From: Candidatus Methanoperedens sp.
Lineage (GTDB): Archaea; Halobacteriota; Methanosarcinia; Methanosarcinales; Methanoperedenaceae
Assembly (NCBI GenBank): GCA_041494705.1
Contig: JBGQBI010000006.1
Coordinates: forward strand, 169,559-201,558
Direction: 5' to 3'
Length of the DNA stretch: 32,000 bases
Shown here: positions 1 through 10,080 of the stretch, piece after piece
How positions within the stretch are numbered: the first letter of the stretch is position 1
Layout of the letters: the number at the start of each line of letters is the position of its first letter
Made by a program: the position numbers and the translations under genes
The notes under the pieces: model-generated
Database searches by the model: none
What the model was told of the DNA's origin: nothing
The model's input: only the letters and a program-made list of their open reading frames with translations

Positions 1-33
1 GTTTTAAATGTTTTGGTTTTTGTCTATCATTTA

Positions 34-303
34 TTAACTAGGGGATTCACCTGATTTTTTCCGCTCGTAAACGGGCATGCCGTCATATTCAATCCTGAAT
101 ATCCTGTGGTAGGGAATATACACGTCCTCCACCACACCTTCAAGGATTAAAAATGACCTGTCGATATTTTTGATGGCGCTGCCTTCTACGATTTTCACGT
201 TCCCGGGCGCACCCCTGTGGATGTAGTATATTTTACACCTGCGGAGGTCGAACCTCCACTTTATCTCGTTGAAGATATCGCGTGGGTGTTTGGATTTGAA
301 CAT
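34..303 (-). CDS. DUF504/UPF0248-family small archaeal protein
   Basis: 89-aa ORF. It shows the family-typical pattern ..IHRGAPGN..(G)..I..IPYHRI..I at the usual size for this family. Confidence 0.65.
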   Translation of the reverse strand: MFKSKHPRDIFNEIKWRFDLRRCKIYYIHRGAPGNVKIVEGSAIKNIDRSFLILEGVVEDVYIPYHRIFRIEYDGMPVYERKKSGESPS

Positions 304-343
304 AGAATAATGTCTTACTGCATGATATTTAAAGGAATGAGTA

Positions 344-428
344 TGCGGAGGATGGGATTCGAACCCATGAACTCCTGCGAGAACAGCCCCTAAAGCTGTC
401 GCCTTTGGCCTAGCTGGGCGACCTCCGC
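344..428 (-). tRNA. tRNA-Leu, anticodon UAG (type II, long variable arm)
   Basis: Minus-strand read: GCGGAGG-UC-GCC-CAGCUAGGCCAAA-GGC-G-ACAGC-UUUAGGG-GCUGU-UCUCGCAGGAGUUC-AUGGG-UUCGAAU-CCCAU-CCUCCGC-A. It has a perfect 7-bp acceptor stem, a 5-bp anticodon stem and a 5-bp T stem with a UUCGAAU loop. Anticodon-loop positions 34-36 read UAG. The variable arm has a CUC/GAG stem. CCA is not encoded. Confidence 0.9.
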
Positions 429-507
429 ACCTGCCCCCAGATTGATTTTTATCACATAAAGCTTTGATGTTTTAATTAAATTATAGTTAACTAACTATTG
501 TAAACTA

Positions 508-575
508 TCTTTGCGGCCTTTGCGTCTTTGCGGTGAACGACCACATAACACCGCAAAGGCGCAGAGTGCGCAGAG
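508..575. repeat. Palindromic intergenic repeat element, copy A (CGCA(A/G)AG-unit family)
   Basis: Left arm 508-535 is tctttgcggcctttgcgtctttgcggtg. A 13-nt spacer follows. Right arm 549-575 is caccgcaaaggcgcagagtgcgcagag. Each arm is CACC plus three tandem ~9-bp units. The element sits between the tRNA-Leu upstream region and the DUF123 start codon (589). Confidence 0.7.
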
Positions 576-588
576 TTCAGGATGAACC

Positions 589-1026
589 ATGAAAGGAATT
601 TACGTTCTAATCCTCAGGATGAATGAGACTAAAGACATCCGCGTAGGAAAACTCGGCAGGCTTCATTTCAGGAGAGGATACTACGCTTACGTGGGCTCAG
701 CCCAGGGCAGCGAAGGAGATAAACGTGTAAAAAGACATTTCAATGTAGCCCATGGCAGAAACACCACGAGAAAATGGCATATTGATTACCTCCTGCCGCA
801 CTCGGAGGTAATTTGCGCGGTTTTTTCGCCAACTGATGACGCGCTCGAATGCGTTGTTGCCAAGCTACTCGGCGAATATTCAATAGCTTTGCAGGGCTTT
901 GGGTGCAGCGACTGCACCTGTGAATCGCATCTTTTCTTTACAGGTGGAAATATAATGGGCGAAGCTTCGGGAATCTGCGAAGGTGTCTCCGGGAACGAAA
1001 GTCTCATTATTTACCCGAACATGTAG
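589..1026 (+). CDS. GIY-YIG superfamily protein, DUF123 family
   Basis: 145-aa ORF. N-terminus GIYVLIL...VGKLG...F..GYYAYVGSA.....R..RH......KWHIDYLL matches the DUF123/GIY-YIG-like pattern. A C-terminal Cys cluster (CSDCTC) is present. Confidence 0.7.
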   Translation: MKGIYVLILRMNETKDIRVGKLGRLHFRRGYYAYVGSAQGSEGDKRVKRHFNVAHGRNTTRKWHIDYLLPHSEVICAVFSPTDDALECVVAKLLGEYSIALQGFGCSDCTCESHLFFTGGNIMGEASGICEGVSGNESLIIYPNM

Positions 1027-1033
1027 GAACTAT

Positions 1034-2044
1034 ATGGACATCGGAATAATAGGAGGCTCAGGCTACACCGGGGGAGAGCTGCTGCGCTTGCTTGCACAGC
1101 ACCCAGAAGCGAAAGTCATGGCCGTAACTTCACGCAGCAGGAAAGGACAGAAGGTCAGCGATACACACACGCATCTTCGGAAAATATACGACTTAAATTT
1201 CGAAGACATGGCGCCTGAAGAAGTGGCTTCACGCTGCGACATCGTCTTCACAGCCGTCCCTCACGGCACCGCCATGCAGGTAGTTCCGGAGCTTCTTGAT
1301 AATGGTATAAAAGTCATCGATCTGAGCGCGGATTACCGCCTCAGGACGGATGTTTTTGAAAAAACTTACAAGATGAAACATACCGACCCGCGTGATGCGG
1401 TTTACGGCATACCCGAACTCCATCCTGAAGTTGCAGAGCAAAATTTCATCGCCAACCCCGGTTGTTACCCTACAGGAGCGTCGCTTGCCGCTGCGCCTCT
1501 TGCAGATGCGGGTCTTATCGAGCGCGTTGTTTTTGATTCAAAAAGCGGCATTTCAGGCGCGGGCGCGGAGCCAACGGTGGTATCCCATTATCCAAACATG
1601 GCAGAGAATATACAGGCGTATAAACTCACATCCCATCGCCACCGCGCTGAAATCGTGCAGGAACTAACCCGGCTTGACAGCGGTTTAAAAAGCATAAGCT
1701 TCACGCCACACGTCATCCCATCCGTACGCGGCATCCTGACAACGGCGCATATTTTTGTCAGGAAGGAATTGGATGAAGAGGATGTTAGCGAAATCTACCG
1801 GGATTTTTACCAGGATAAGCCTTTTATCAGGCTGATACAAGGAATACCGATGCTCGGCAGCGTGCGCGGCTCGAATTTCTGCGATATCGGTTTTGAGATT
1901 GAAAAAAACAGCGACAGGATAGTTGTCATATCCGCAATAGATAATCTTGTAAAAGGGGCGTCAGGCCAGGCAATCCAAAATATGAACCTGATGTTCGGGC
2001 TCCACGAAACCACGGGCCTCTGGACACCTGCCATCGCTCCGTGA
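1034..2044 (+). CDS. argC: N-acetyl-gamma-glutamyl-phosphate reductase
   Basis: MDIGIIGGSGYTGGELLRLL is a Rossmann N-terminus. The active-site motif NPGCYPT is present, with family-wide similarity. The start was moved to ATG 1034; the track start at 983 overlaps the upstream gene and adds a non-homologous leader. Confidence 0.93.
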   Translation: MDIGIIGGSGYTGGELLRLLAQHPEAKVMAVTSRSRKGQKVSDTHTHLRKIYDLNFEDMAPEEVASRCDIVFTAVPHGTAMQVVPELLDNGIKVIDLSADYRLRTDVFEKTYKMKHTDPRDAVYGIPELHPEVAEQNFIANPGCYPTGASLAAAPLADAGLIERVVFDSKSGISGAGAEPTVVSHYPNMAENIQAYKLTSHRHRAEIVQELTRLDSGLKSISFTPHVIPSVRGILTTAHIFVRKELDEEDVSEIYRDFYQDKPFIRLIQGIPMLGSVRGSNFCDIGFEIEKNSDRIVVISAIDNLVKGASGQAIQNMNLMFGLHETTGLWTPAIAP

Positions 2045-2052
2045 GGTAAAAT

Positions 2053-2526
2053 ATGAAAATAAAAGAAGTGATGAATAAGGACGTAATTACATGCAAACCT
2101 GATGACTCATTAAGCCAGATTTCAAAGCTGTTTCGGGAAAACCACATCAGCGGCCTGCCTGTTGTTGAAAAGGGAAAAGTCGTCGGACTTGTTTCTGAAA
2201 CGGATTTGATAAAGTTATTTAAATCCCCTGAGTTTTCAAATGAATTGTGGCTCCCCAGCCCTCTTGAAATAATTGAAATCCCCATCAGGAATATCGTGAG
2301 GCTTGAAGAGACAAAGAAAGCCCTTGAAAATCTGAAACTGCGCCCGGTGAGGGATATTATGACAAAAACCGTGCATGCCATTTCTCCGGACGATAGCCTT
2401 GAAAAAGCATCAGGCATCATGGTCAAGTTTAAAATCAACAGATTGCCCGTTATCGAAAATGGCAGGCTTGTTGGTATCGTGGCGCGAAGCGACATAATAA
2501 GGGGGCTCTCGGAAGCCGCAGAATAA
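2053..2526 (+). CDS. CBS-domain pair protein
   Basis: 157 aa with two CBS repeats (..VMNKDVITC.....HISGLPVVEKGKVVGLVSETDL.. and ..IMTKTVHAISPD.....INRLPVIENGRLVGIVARSDI..). It lies 8 nt after argC and 2 nt before argJ. Confidence 0.85.
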   Translation: MKIKEVMNKDVITCKPDDSLSQISKLFRENHISGLPVVEKGKVVGLVSETDLIKLFKSPEFSNELWLPSPLEIIEIPIRNIVRLEETKKALENLKLRPVRDIMTKTVHAISPDDSLEKASGIMVKFKINRLPVIENGRLVGIVARSDIIRGLSEAAE

Positions 2527-2528
2527 TT

Positions 2529-3704
2529 ATGAAAATCATGAAGGGCGGTATCTGTGTGGTCAGGGGGGTCAGGGCAAACGGGATTAAGGAAGGTAAGAAC
2601 GGCCTTGCAGTAATCGTAGCCGATTCAAAAAAACTTTCTTCAGCCGGCGTTTTTACGCGAAATAAGGTTATAGCGGCTCCACTTATCGTGACAAAAGAAG
2701 CACTCGCAAAAGGAGATTTAAAGGCGGTAATTGCCAACAGCGGATGCGCAAACGCTTTTACAGGTAAACGCGGGCTTGATGATGCCCGCTGGATGACGCA
2801 GATTCTGGCAAAAAAATTGAAGTGCAAACCTGATGAAATCGGTGTAGCTTCTACTGGTGTTATCGGGCGAAATCTTGATAAAATATGGATTGGGGAGCAT
2901 CTTGATGGGGTTTATAATAATCTTGCAACTTCAGAGGATGCAGGAAAAGCCGCAGCCAGGGCTATAATGACCACGGATACATCCATGAAAGAGATAGCTA
3001 TCGAGCTTGATAACGGGGTTCGCATTGGCGGGATGGCGAAAGGCTCGGGGATGATAGAGCCGAATATGGGGACTATGCTTGCGTTTTTATATACGGATGC
3101 GGCTTTATCAAAGGAAGCTCTCAACGCCTGCTTAAAAAAAGCAGTCGATAAGAGTTTTAACATGGTAGTGGTGGATGGCGATACAAGTACTAACGACATG
3201 GCGCTTATTACAGCTACGGGCTATCTGGAATGCGGTGCAGAAGTGTTCCAGCAGGGGCTTGATTTTGTATGCCGGAACCTTGCTAAAATGATAGCAAGGG
3301 ACGGGGAAGGCGCGACAAGGTTAATCGAGGCAAGGGTTACCGGCGCGCAAAGCGAGGATGACGCGCGAAAGGCTGCAAAGGCTATTGTGCGTTCGCCGCT
3401 TGTGAAGACCGCAATATTCGGGAAAGACCCGAACTGGGGAAGGGTGGTGGCTGCGGTGGGGTATTCCGGCGCCGAGGTTGACCAGGATAAGATTTCACTT
3501 AAGTTCTCGGATAATAAAAATGAGGTCATGCTTGTTGATTCTGGCAGGATTGTTGAGGGAAAGCTTGAGGCGCTGAAGAGCATAATGGAGAGCAAGGAGA
3601 TTTTTATCGAAGCGGCACTCGGTTTAGGCGACTTCGAGGCGACTGCATGGGGATGCGATTTGACGTATGACTATGTGAAGATTAATGCGATGTATACGAC
3701 TTAA
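2529..3704 (+). CDS. argJ: Bifunctional ornithine acetyltransferase / N-acetylglutamate synthase
   Basis: 391 aa. ArgJ hallmarks are GIKEGK, NSGCANA, the autoprocessing-site context MIEPNMGTMLAFLYTDA, VDGDTSTND and DPNWGR. Confidence 0.93.
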   Translation: MKIMKGGICVVRGVRANGIKEGKNGLAVIVADSKKLSSAGVFTRNKVIAAPLIVTKEALAKGDLKAVIANSGCANAFTGKRGLDDARWMTQILAKKLKCKPDEIGVASTGVIGRNLDKIWIGEHLDGVYNNLATSEDAGKAAARAIMTTDTSMKEIAIELDNGVRIGGMAKGSGMIEPNMGTMLAFLYTDAALSKEALNACLKKAVDKSFNMVVVDGDTSTNDMALITATGYLECGAEVFQQGLDFVCRNLAKMIARDGEGATRLIEARVTGAQSEDDARKAAKAIVRSPLVKTAIFGKDPNWGRVVAAVGYSGAEVDQDKISLKFSDNKNEVMLVDSGRIVEGKLEALKSIMESKEIFIEAALGLGDFEATAWGCDLTYDYVKINAMYTT

Positions 3705-3772
3705 CATCGCCCGTGATAGTAGCATTTAAGTTTCTTAAAACTAAGGATTAATGGGCAGGGAATTGATATACT

Positions 3773-4948
3773 ATGAACCTCAAAAAATCCGGCTTCTCCA
3801 CACGCGCAATCCATTCAGGTGAGCGGGAAGAAGAAACCGGAGCGGTCGTAACCCCAATTTACCAGACCGCGCCTTTTAAGTTCAAAAGCGCAGCCCATGC
3901 AGCAAGCGTGATGGCTGGTGAGGAAAAAGGGTACGTGTATTCCCGTGGCTTGAACCCCACGACAGAAGTGCTTGAAGAAAAAATGGCAGACCTCGAGGGC
4001 GGCGAGGCGGCGCTTGCGCAGGCTACGGGAATGGCAGCCATAAGCGCGGCGGTTTTCACTTCCATCAAAGCAGGCGACCATGTGATTGCAGATGAGGTTA
4101 TCTACGGCAGCACATACGACCTGTTCGTTGACATGGCGAAATTCGGCGTGGATGTGAGTTTCATAGATACATCCATTGCCGGAAGTGTGGAGGCTGCCTT
4201 CCGGCCGAACACGAAACTTGTATTTTTTGAAACACCTGCCAATCCTACCATGAAACTTACAGACATAAAAACAGTCTCGGAAATCGCCCACGAGAGGGAT
4301 GCAGCAGTGATGGTCGATAATACCTATATGACGCCTTATTACCAGCAGCCGCTCGCGCTCGGCGCCGATGTGGTAGTTCACAGCGCAACGAAATACTTAA
4401 ACGGTCACGGCGATACTCTCGGCGGCGTCATTGTTGGCTCTTCAGATTTCATAAAACGGGCAAGGCACACCGCAAAGAACATCGGCGGCGCAATAAGCCC
4501 TTTTTCGGCATGGCTTATCATACGCGGGATGAAAACGCTGACGGTGCGCATGGAGAGGCACACTGAGAATGCAATGGCAGTGGCAAGATTCCTGGAAGGG
4601 CACAATAAAATAGAGCGGGTAATTTATCCGGGTCTTCCGGACTTTCCACAGTACGACCTTGCAAAAAAACAGATGTCGGGGTTTGGAGGCATGATAGCCT
4701 TCCTGCTGAAAGATGCAAGTGATGTCCAGTTATTCCTCGATTCTCTTGAGCTATGCACGCTTGCCGTGAGCCTTGGCGAAACCGGGACGCTTATCCAGCA
4801 TCCTGCCACCATGACCCATGCAGTTGTCCCGCGGGATGACAGGATAAAATACGGGATTGCTGATGAGCTTGTGCGCCTGTCAGTGGGGCTTGAGGATGTG
4901 GAGGATATAATTGCGGATTTGGGGCAGGCGCTGGATAGTGTCGGTTGA
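3773..4948 (+). CDS. Cys/Met-metabolism PLP-dependent enzyme (methionine gamma-lyase / O-acylhomoserine sulfhydrylase / cystathionine gamma-synthase family)
   Basis: 391 aa. The PLP-lysine context HSATKYLNGHGD is present, along with YSR..NPT and VDNT motifs. Exact activity cannot be assigned from sequence alone. Confidence 0.85.
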   Translation: MNLKKSGFSTRAIHSGEREEETGAVVTPIYQTAPFKFKSAAHAASVMAGEEKGYVYSRGLNPTTEVLEEKMADLEGGEAALAQATGMAAISAAVFTSIKAGDHVIADEVIYGSTYDLFVDMAKFGVDVSFIDTSIAGSVEAAFRPNTKLVFFETPANPTMKLTDIKTVSEIAHERDAAVMVDNTYMTPYYQQPLALGADVVVHSATKYLNGHGDTLGGVIVGSSDFIKRARHTAKNIGGAISPFSAWLIIRGMKTLTVRMERHTENAMAVARFLEGHNKIERVIYPGLPDFPQYDLAKKQMSGFGGMIAFLLKDASDVQLFLDSLELCTLAVSLGETGTLIQHPATMTHAVVPRDDRIKYGIADELVRLSVGLEDVEDIIADLGQALDSVG

Positions 4949-4962
4949 AGTTTAATCCTCCC

Positions 4963-5835
4963 TCACTCCAGCCCGAAGTGCTTCACATTCCAGTCCGCAA
5001 TCGCCTGTATCTTCTTAATCTCCTCTACGCCGCCTTCCATCGTAAACAGGTGCTTGAACCTGCCCTGAACTTTAAGATACTCTTCCACCGGCTTCCTGTT
5101 CTTAATCTTCCTCACGTTTGTAACAACGCCGTTCTCCATCTCGTACAGGGGCCACATCGCCGTCTCCACTGCAAGCCTCCCAACCTCGATGGTCTTTGAG
5201 CCTTCAAACTTCCAGCCCGTGCAGCAGGGCGCATGCACATGCACGTACGTTGGTCCTTTTGTATCTGCGGCTTTTTTAATCTTTTTCATCATATCCGGCG
5301 CATACGCCACCGAAGCCGTGGCGACATAAGGCGAGCCGTGTGCCGCTATGATTGCAGGCATATTCTTTTTATGTTGCGGGTTCCCGAAGGAAACCTTACC
5401 TGCCGGGCTTGTTGTGGTGCTGGCATACAGTGGAGTCGCGCTGCTTCGCTGGATACCCGTGTTCATGTACGCCTCGTTATCCACGCAGATATACGTAAAA
5501 TCATGTCCTCTTTCAAATGCGCCCGATATTGCCTGAAGTCCAATGTCCATCGTGGCGCCGTCACCGCCAATTACCACGATTTTGGTGTTGTTCTTCCTGC
5601 CCAGAGCCTTGAGCGCCGCCTCAACTCCGGATGCGACAGCCGCTGCATTCTCAAAAAGTGAATGTATCCAGGGCACGCCCCAGGCGGATTCCGGGTAGGG
5701 CGTAGTAAAGACCTCAAGACAGCCTGTGGGGGAGACAACTATGGTATCTTCACCAAGTGCATCAAGCACGAACTTCCCTGCAAGGGCATCGCAGCATCCG
5801 GCGCATCCGCGGTGACCCGGTCTTAATAGACTCAT
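4963..5835 (-). CDS. porB: 2-oxoacid (probably pyruvate):ferredoxin oxidoreductase, beta subunit (TPP-binding)
   Basis: 290 aa. It has an N-terminal Cys cluster (GHRGCAGC) and the TPP motif [10 protein letters not shown]. It overlaps porA by 4 nt (5832-5835). Confidence 0.9.
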   Translation of the reverse strand: MSLLRPGHRGCAGCCDALAGKFVLDALGEDTIVVSPTGCLEVFTTPYPESAWGVPWIHSLFENAAAVASGVEAALKALGRKNNTKIVVIGGDGATMDIGLQAISGAFERGHDFTYICVDNEAYMNTGIQRSSATPLYASTTTSPAGKVSFGNPQHKKNMPAIIAAHGSPYVATASVAYAPDMMKKIKKAADTKGPTYVHVHAPCCTGWKFEGSKTIEVGRLAVETAMWPLYEMENGVVTNVRKIKNRKPVEEYLKVQGRFKHLFTMEGGVEEIKKIQAIADWNVKHFGLE

Positions 5836-7019
5836 GCCAGGTCCTCCCGCAGGTCTGCGAATTCGCTTTCTACGAAAATCCCCTTCTCTACCAACATTGC
5901 TTTTTTGATGATTTTCTTAATCGTACTCATAGGAATATCGCGCCCTCCGTGCCCCAGCATGAAACCGATAACAGGAACCTTGGTATCAGTATTATGAAGA
6001 CATGCCTTGACCTCTGTGCACAGGGCGCCTTCGTTCTTGCCGATAGATATATTCTTATCAAGGGTCACAACGACTTTTGCGTTTTTCAAAGCCGCACGAA
6101 TTGCGTCAGCCGGGAAAGGCCGGAATGACCTGACTTTGAGAAGCCCCACTGATTCACCTTCACGGCGAAGCTCATCTATTGTATCTTTTATTGTACCGAT
6201 AACCGAACCCATCGCCATAATTACAATCTCGGCATCATCAAGCGCATAGCCATCGATAAGACCGCCGTAGTATCGCCCGTATATATCTTTGAATTCATTT
6301 GCGATATCTTCGATTTTCTTTAAAGCCACGCCCATGGCTTTTTCCTGCTTGTACCTGAATTCGGTGTACGTGCTCGGGTCGGCAAAAGCCCCGAATGACA
6401 TGGGATTCTTGGGGTCAAGCATGAACTCAGGAGAATAAGAAGGCAGGTATTCGTCTGTCAGGCCCTGCTCAAGCAAAATAACGGGTTCATAAACATGGGA
6501 AAGGATGAACCCGTCCATACACCCCATCGAAGGCAAAAGAACCTCTGGGTCTTCTGAGAGCTTGAAGAGCTGCGGTATCATATCCGCCGATTCCTGGACA
6601 TCTTCTGCATAAAGTTGTATCCAGCCGGTATCCCTCTGCGATATTGAGTCCTGCTGGTCGTTCCAGATATTGATGGGTGCGCTTAACGCCCTGTTAACTA
6701 CGGTCATAACGATGGGAAACCTCATTCCGGACGCATTGAATAATGCCTCATGCATCAGCGCAAGCCCCTGCGATGTCGTTGAGGAATATGTGCGCGCGCC
6801 CGCGGCGCTTGCCCCTATCAGCGCTGAGATTGCAGAGAACTCCGATTCCACGTTCATGTACTCGCAGTTCATCTCGCCGTCGGCAACGAATTGTGCCAGG
6901 TCTTCAACGATATGCGTTTGCGGGGTTATCGGATAAGCTGAAATCACATTGGGCTTGCATACCTTGACAGCATGCGCTACTGCATACGAACCTTCAACAA
7001 CAACCATATTTTTCCTCAT
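5832..7019 (-). CDS. porA: 2-oxoacid (probably pyruvate):ferredoxin oxidoreductase, alpha subunit
   Basis: Family similarity ([11 protein letters not shown]...YPITPQT). The start was set at ATG 7019, which forms an ATGA overlap with the porD stop and follows a GGAGGG Shine-Dalgarno. The track start at 7058 would sit inside porD. Confidence 0.9.
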   Translation of the reverse strand: MRKNMVVVEGSYAVAHAVKVCKPNVISAYPITPQTHIVEDLAQFVADGEMNCEYMNVESEFSAISALIGASAAGARTYSSTTSQGLALMHEALFNASGMRFPIVMTVVNRALSAPINIWNDQQDSISQRDTGWIQLYAEDVQESADMIPQLFKLSEDPEVLLPSMGCMDGFILSHVYEPVILLEQGLTDEYLPSYSPEFMLDPKNPMSFGAFADPSTYTEFRYKQEKAMGVALKKIEDIANEFKDIYGRYYGGLIDGYALDDAEIVIMAMGSVIGTIKDTIDELRREGESVGLLKVRSFRPFPADAIRAALKNAKVVVTLDKNISIGKNEGALCTEVKACLHNTDTKVPVIGFMLGHGGRDIPMSTIKKIIKKAMLVEKGIFVESEFADLREDLA

Positions 7020-7276
7020 TTTCCCTCCAGCACCATTTTTATTGCTTTCTTGGGGCATTCGTTTGCGCAGATGCCGCAGCCTTTGCAGTATTCATAATCC
7101 GGTTCATAGAACCCATTCTCCAGTTTGTACACTACCCCTTCGGGGCAATATATTGCGCAGATGCCGCATTTGCTGCACAGCTTATGGTCAAAAACCGGCA
7201 TGAACGAACGCCATGCTCCCGTCTTATTCGCCCGCGTGCTTCCCGGCTTGGTAACTGTTTTTATTACAAGTTTCAT
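7016..7276 (-). CDS. porD: 2-oxoacid:ferredoxin oxidoreductase, delta subunit (2x[4Fe-4S] ferredoxin)
   Basis: 86 aa with two CxxCxxCxxxCP motifs ([24 protein letters not shown]). It lies between the gamma and alpha subunits. Confidence 0.9.
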   Translation of the reverse strand: MKLVIKTVTKPGSTRANKTGAWRSFMPVFDHKLCSKCGICAIYCPEGVVYKLENGFYEPDYEYCKGCGICANECPKKAIKMVLEGK

Positions 7277-7818
7277 CGCTGTTCCTCCATGAGGTCATAA
7301 GCAGCCTGGATAGCGGCGGCGTTCTTTTCTCCAACTTTTCCCGGGAACCGCTCCATCACTGCATTTTTTATAGATTCGGGATTTATGAGACCCGAAACTC
7401 CTGCGAATGCTCCCGCAAGGATGGTATTGACAATAGGTTTTCCGATGATATCCATTGCCAGTTTTGTAGCGTCAAGCGTTTTTACCTGGGCTTTGGTATT
7501 GAGAATGAAAGACGAGGGGCTTTTTTCAGTGTTAATAAGAATAAAACCTTCAGGTTTAGCCCCGGCTGCAACGTTTACAACATCTACGAGCGTGGCGTCC
7601 TGCACTATGACATAATCGGGTTCGTATATCTGGCTGCGCAGCCGAATCGGTTTATCGTTCAGGCGCACAAAAGCCGTTACGGGCGCGCCACGCCTTTCCA
7701 CGCCAAAAGCGGGAAAAGCCTGGCTGTATTTCCCGTCTTCAAAAGCAGCCACTGCTAAAAGTTCGGCAGCGGTCACGGATCCCTGCCCGCCACGACCATG
7801 TATTCTTATTTCCTTCAT
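7273..7818 (-). CDS. porC: 2-oxoacid:ferredoxin oxidoreductase, gamma subunit
   Basis: [13 protein letters not shown] is a typical gamma-subunit N-terminus. It overlaps porD by 4 nt. The start was set at ATG 7818; the track start at 7869 adds 17 non-homologous residues. Confidence 0.9.
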   Translation of the reverse strand: MKEIRIHGRGGQGSVTAAELLAVAAFEDGKYSQAFPAFGVERRGAPVTAFVRLNDKPIRLRSQIYEPDYVIVQDATLVDVVNVAAGAKPEGFILINTEKSPSSFILNTKAQVKTLDATKLAMDIIGKPIVNTILAGAFAGVSGLINPESIKNAVMERFPGKVGEKNAAAIQAAYDLMEEQR

Positions 7819-7905
7819 TTTTTTTCTCCGAGAATAACAAATTAATATATTTTTCTTTTTAATAATCAATCGTGATGAATGCCTTCCACAATTGCATAAA
7901 GGTAT

Positions 7906-8670
7906 TTATTCTTTACGGAGTGGGGCAATAACCAGTAGTATCAGAATCCCCAGAACAAGAACAAAAAGGCCAAGCAAACCGGCCTCAGGACCTACAAGAC
8001 CGCCTGTAATTTCCGGCTTCGCTGCGGTCAACCCGAAAATCCCGAAACCACCCCTTAATGAAAATATATGATACTGGAAAAAATTCCATGAAAAATGATA
8101 TGCTGATGACATCTTAAGTCCGTCTATTAGATACAGGAGAGCAAGAATAATCCCGGCAGCAGTTATTGTCACAAACATGATTACTGCATTGAATTTCCCC
8201 AATCCCAGAAGCAATATGGAAGGGATGTGAAGCATTGCAAACAGGAGGGATGTTGCGATCACGGCATCACGCCGCCCCATGCTTTTTATAAGGTTGGGCA
8301 GGATGTATCCGCGAAAAGACGTCTCTTCCCCTATTGATACGAGCAGTTCAAAAATCACGGCTCCCGCTAATATGTAAATTGCATCCCCGGACATCTCTTC
8401 GATTTTGATCCACCCAAAAACAAGTTCAATAACAAATATCGATGAGATAAGAATAAGAGCAAATACAAAGCCGAATTTCCATGATACTCCCCACCTGAAG
8501 CCACCTTCTTTTTTTTTCAATAAATATGCAATAAGTATAATTATCGAATATGCAACCAGGGCTGCACTGAGCGCAAAGAAATACATGGATACGAGGACAA
8601 CTAACGTTAAAACCGCATAAAATATAATACTTTTAGTAATTCCATTTTTCCTATCCGTTTTGGAATCCAT
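7906..8670 (-). CDS. CPBP-family (CAAX/Abi-type) intramembrane glutamic metalloprotease
   Basis: 254 aa and polytopic. Motif 1 is EETSFRGY (EExxxR). Motif 2 is FAMLH (FxxxH). Confidence 0.85.
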   Translation of the reverse strand: MDSKTDRKNGITKSIIFYAVLTLVVLVSMYFFALSAALVAYSIIILIAYLLKKKEGGFRWGVSWKFGFVFALILISSIFVIELVFGWIKIEEMSGDAIYILAGAVIFELLVSIGEETSFRGYILPNLIKSMGRRDAVIATSLLFAMLHIPSILLLGLGKFNAVIMFVTITAAGIILALLYLIDGLKMSSAYHFSWNFFQYHIFSLRGGFGIFGLTAAKPEITGGLVGPEAGLLGLFVLVLGILILLVIAPLRKE

Positions 8671-8740
8671 CCTTCTAATCCTTACTGAACCAATTCTTTT
8701 TATTAATATTAAAGTTTATTCTTGATATTATTATTATTAT

Positions 8741-8778
8741 GAATTTGGAATTTGAGTAAACTTTGAGTAAACTATATC
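8741..8778 (+). promoter_or_regulatory. Putative promoter with nested tandem repeats upstream of the AAA ATPase gene
   Basis: GAATTTG x2 (8741-8754) is followed by TTTGAGTAAAC x2 (8751-8761, 8762-8772). A TATA-like TATATC (8773-8778) lies about 20-25 nt before ATG 8797, which would give a leaderless or near-leaderless mRNA. Confidence 0.35.
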
Positions 8779-8796
8779 TTGTTTAATAACCCAATT

Positions 8797-10080
8797 ATGA
8801 AGTTTAATATGACGGATGATAAACTCCTAATAACAGAACTTGTGCTTACCGCGCACCTGTATAACCAGTCGGATAAGCTCGGCGTTGACGACCTCCCCCA
8901 GAAAATACGAAAACATTACTGGGACGAAAAGGAAAAAACCGTGAAACGCCCCATCTATGTGACTGAAGGCGATGTAAAAACAATTTATGGCCTTGAGAAT
9001 GTAAAAAACAGCACAAAAGCGCTTCCTTTCCTTGAATTCGAAGAGTTCGGGTCACAAATAAAACTCACTGTTTTCGACCTTGCGACAAAGTGGCTTGCAA
9101 AGCAGCCTGAGGCTGTTGAAAACATCAACAAGAACCCGGTACTTGCCTCCTTTTTTGAAAACTATGATTCACTTCCCGTGAGCTTTGCAAAGGCGAAAGC
9201 GTCCAACATGCCAAAAGAGAGCGGCAGGGAATGGATACTATCCCTGGTTAAAAGCATAGAATCCGAAAAGGGCTCGGAGGAGATGCTAAAACTTGCCCAT
9301 ATCGTGGCCCCGGAAGATATAAAGCAGAATATTAAGGACCTCGTCCTCACAAAAGCACAGGAGGACGAGATAGAGAAAATGACAAAAGCCATCCAGTACC
9401 GCGATTACCTGAAGCGGATAGGACTTCGGGAAATAGGAAAACTTTTGTTCGTCGGGCCTCCGGGAACAGGGAAAACCTCGGTTGCGCGCGCTCTTTCAGG
9501 AAGGCTTGGAATCCCGATAGTGGAAGTAAAACTCTCGCAGATTGCTGACCAGTATCTTGGCGAGACGGCAAAGAACATCGACCGGGTTTTTGAACTTGCA
9601 AGACGCCTGAGCCCGTGCATACTTTTCATCGATGAATTCGATTTCGTGGCAAAAGCCAGGGCTACGGATGAGCACGCCGCATTAAAAAGGGCTGTGAACA
9701 CGCTTTTGAAGGCTATAGATGAGATAAGTCTGGTTGAGGATGGGGTGCTTCTTATCGGAGCAACGAACCATCCCGCAATACTTGACCATGCGGCATGGAG
9801 GCGGTTTGATGAGATAGTGGAATTCGCGCTCCCGGATAAGGATATGAGGAAAAAGATACTTGATATCGTGCTCAGGGAAATAGAGGGAACGTTCAATACT
9901 GAAGAGATTGCGGAAAAGACAGAAGGATACTCGGGTTCCGACCTGCGGTTAATCGTCCGGGAAGCTGTGCTTAATGGTCTTATAACCGAAAGAACAGTCC
10001 TTGGTCAGCCGGATTTACTGCGGGGAATTACAGAATTCAATAAAAGGATTCATTTGAAGGCACTGGATGAAAAAACATGA
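8797..10080 (+). CDS. AAA-family ATPase (classic clade) with uncharacterised ~200-aa N-terminal domain
   Basis: Walker A is GPPGTGKT. Walker B is ILFIDEFD. The second region of homology is ATNHPAILDHAAWRRFD. The start is probably ATG 8797 (or 8809); the track start at 8779 is a TTG lying in the putative TATA box. Confidence 0.85.
   Translation: MKFNMTDDKLLITELVLTAHLYNQSDKLGVDDLPQKIRKHYWDEKEKTVKRPIYVTEGDVKTIYGLENVKNSTKALPFLEFEEFGSQIKLTVFDLATKWLAKQPEAVENINKNPVLASFFENYDSLPVSFAKAKASNMPKESGREWILSLVKSIESEKGSEEMLKLAHIVAPEDIKQNIKDLVLTKAQEDEIEKMTKAIQYRDYLKRIGLREIGKLLFVGPPGTGKTSVARALSGRLGIPIVEVKLSQIADQYLGETAKNIDRVFELARRLSPCILFIDEFDFVAKARATDEHAALKRAVNTLLKAIDEISLVEDGVLLIGATNHPAILDHAAWRRFDEIVEFALPDKDMRKKILDIVLREIEGTFNTEEIAEKTEGYSGSDLRLIVREAVLNGLITERTVLGQPDLLRGITEFNKRIHLKALDEKT

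Noticed and set aside
508-575. CRISPR array interpretation of the CGCA(A/G)AG repeats (also at 21074, 22294 and 31603)
   Set aside because: The units are only ~9 bp and directly abutting, with no spacers. They are arranged as inverted arms and no cas genes are present, which is inconsistent with CRISPR.
344-1026. tRNA-Leu-adjacent integrated mobile element, with the GIY-YIG gene as a homing endonuclease
   Set aside because: No integrase, no duplicated tRNA 3' end (att) and no cargo are visible. DUF123 is a widespread stand-alone archaeal gene. Only the nearby repeat copy A is noteworthy.
983-1033. 5' extensions of track ORFs (983-1033 argC, 7020-7058 porA, 7819-7869 porC, 14536-14556 cytochrome, 17092-17121 Rieske, 21059-21088 JAMM, 28627-28650 PCYCGC, 8779-8796 AAA)
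   Set aside because: Each extension overlaps the upstream gene or a repeat or TATA element, adds residues absent from the family N-terminus, or uses TTG/GTG. In each case a downstream ATG has a better Shine-Dalgarno or stop-start coupling.
1926-2495. 189-aa minus-strand ORF overlapping the end of argC and the CBS gene
   Set aside because: It is antisense shadow of two well-supported plus-strand genes. Its composition is low-complexity S/L/F-rich, with no recognisable motif or Shine-Dalgarno.
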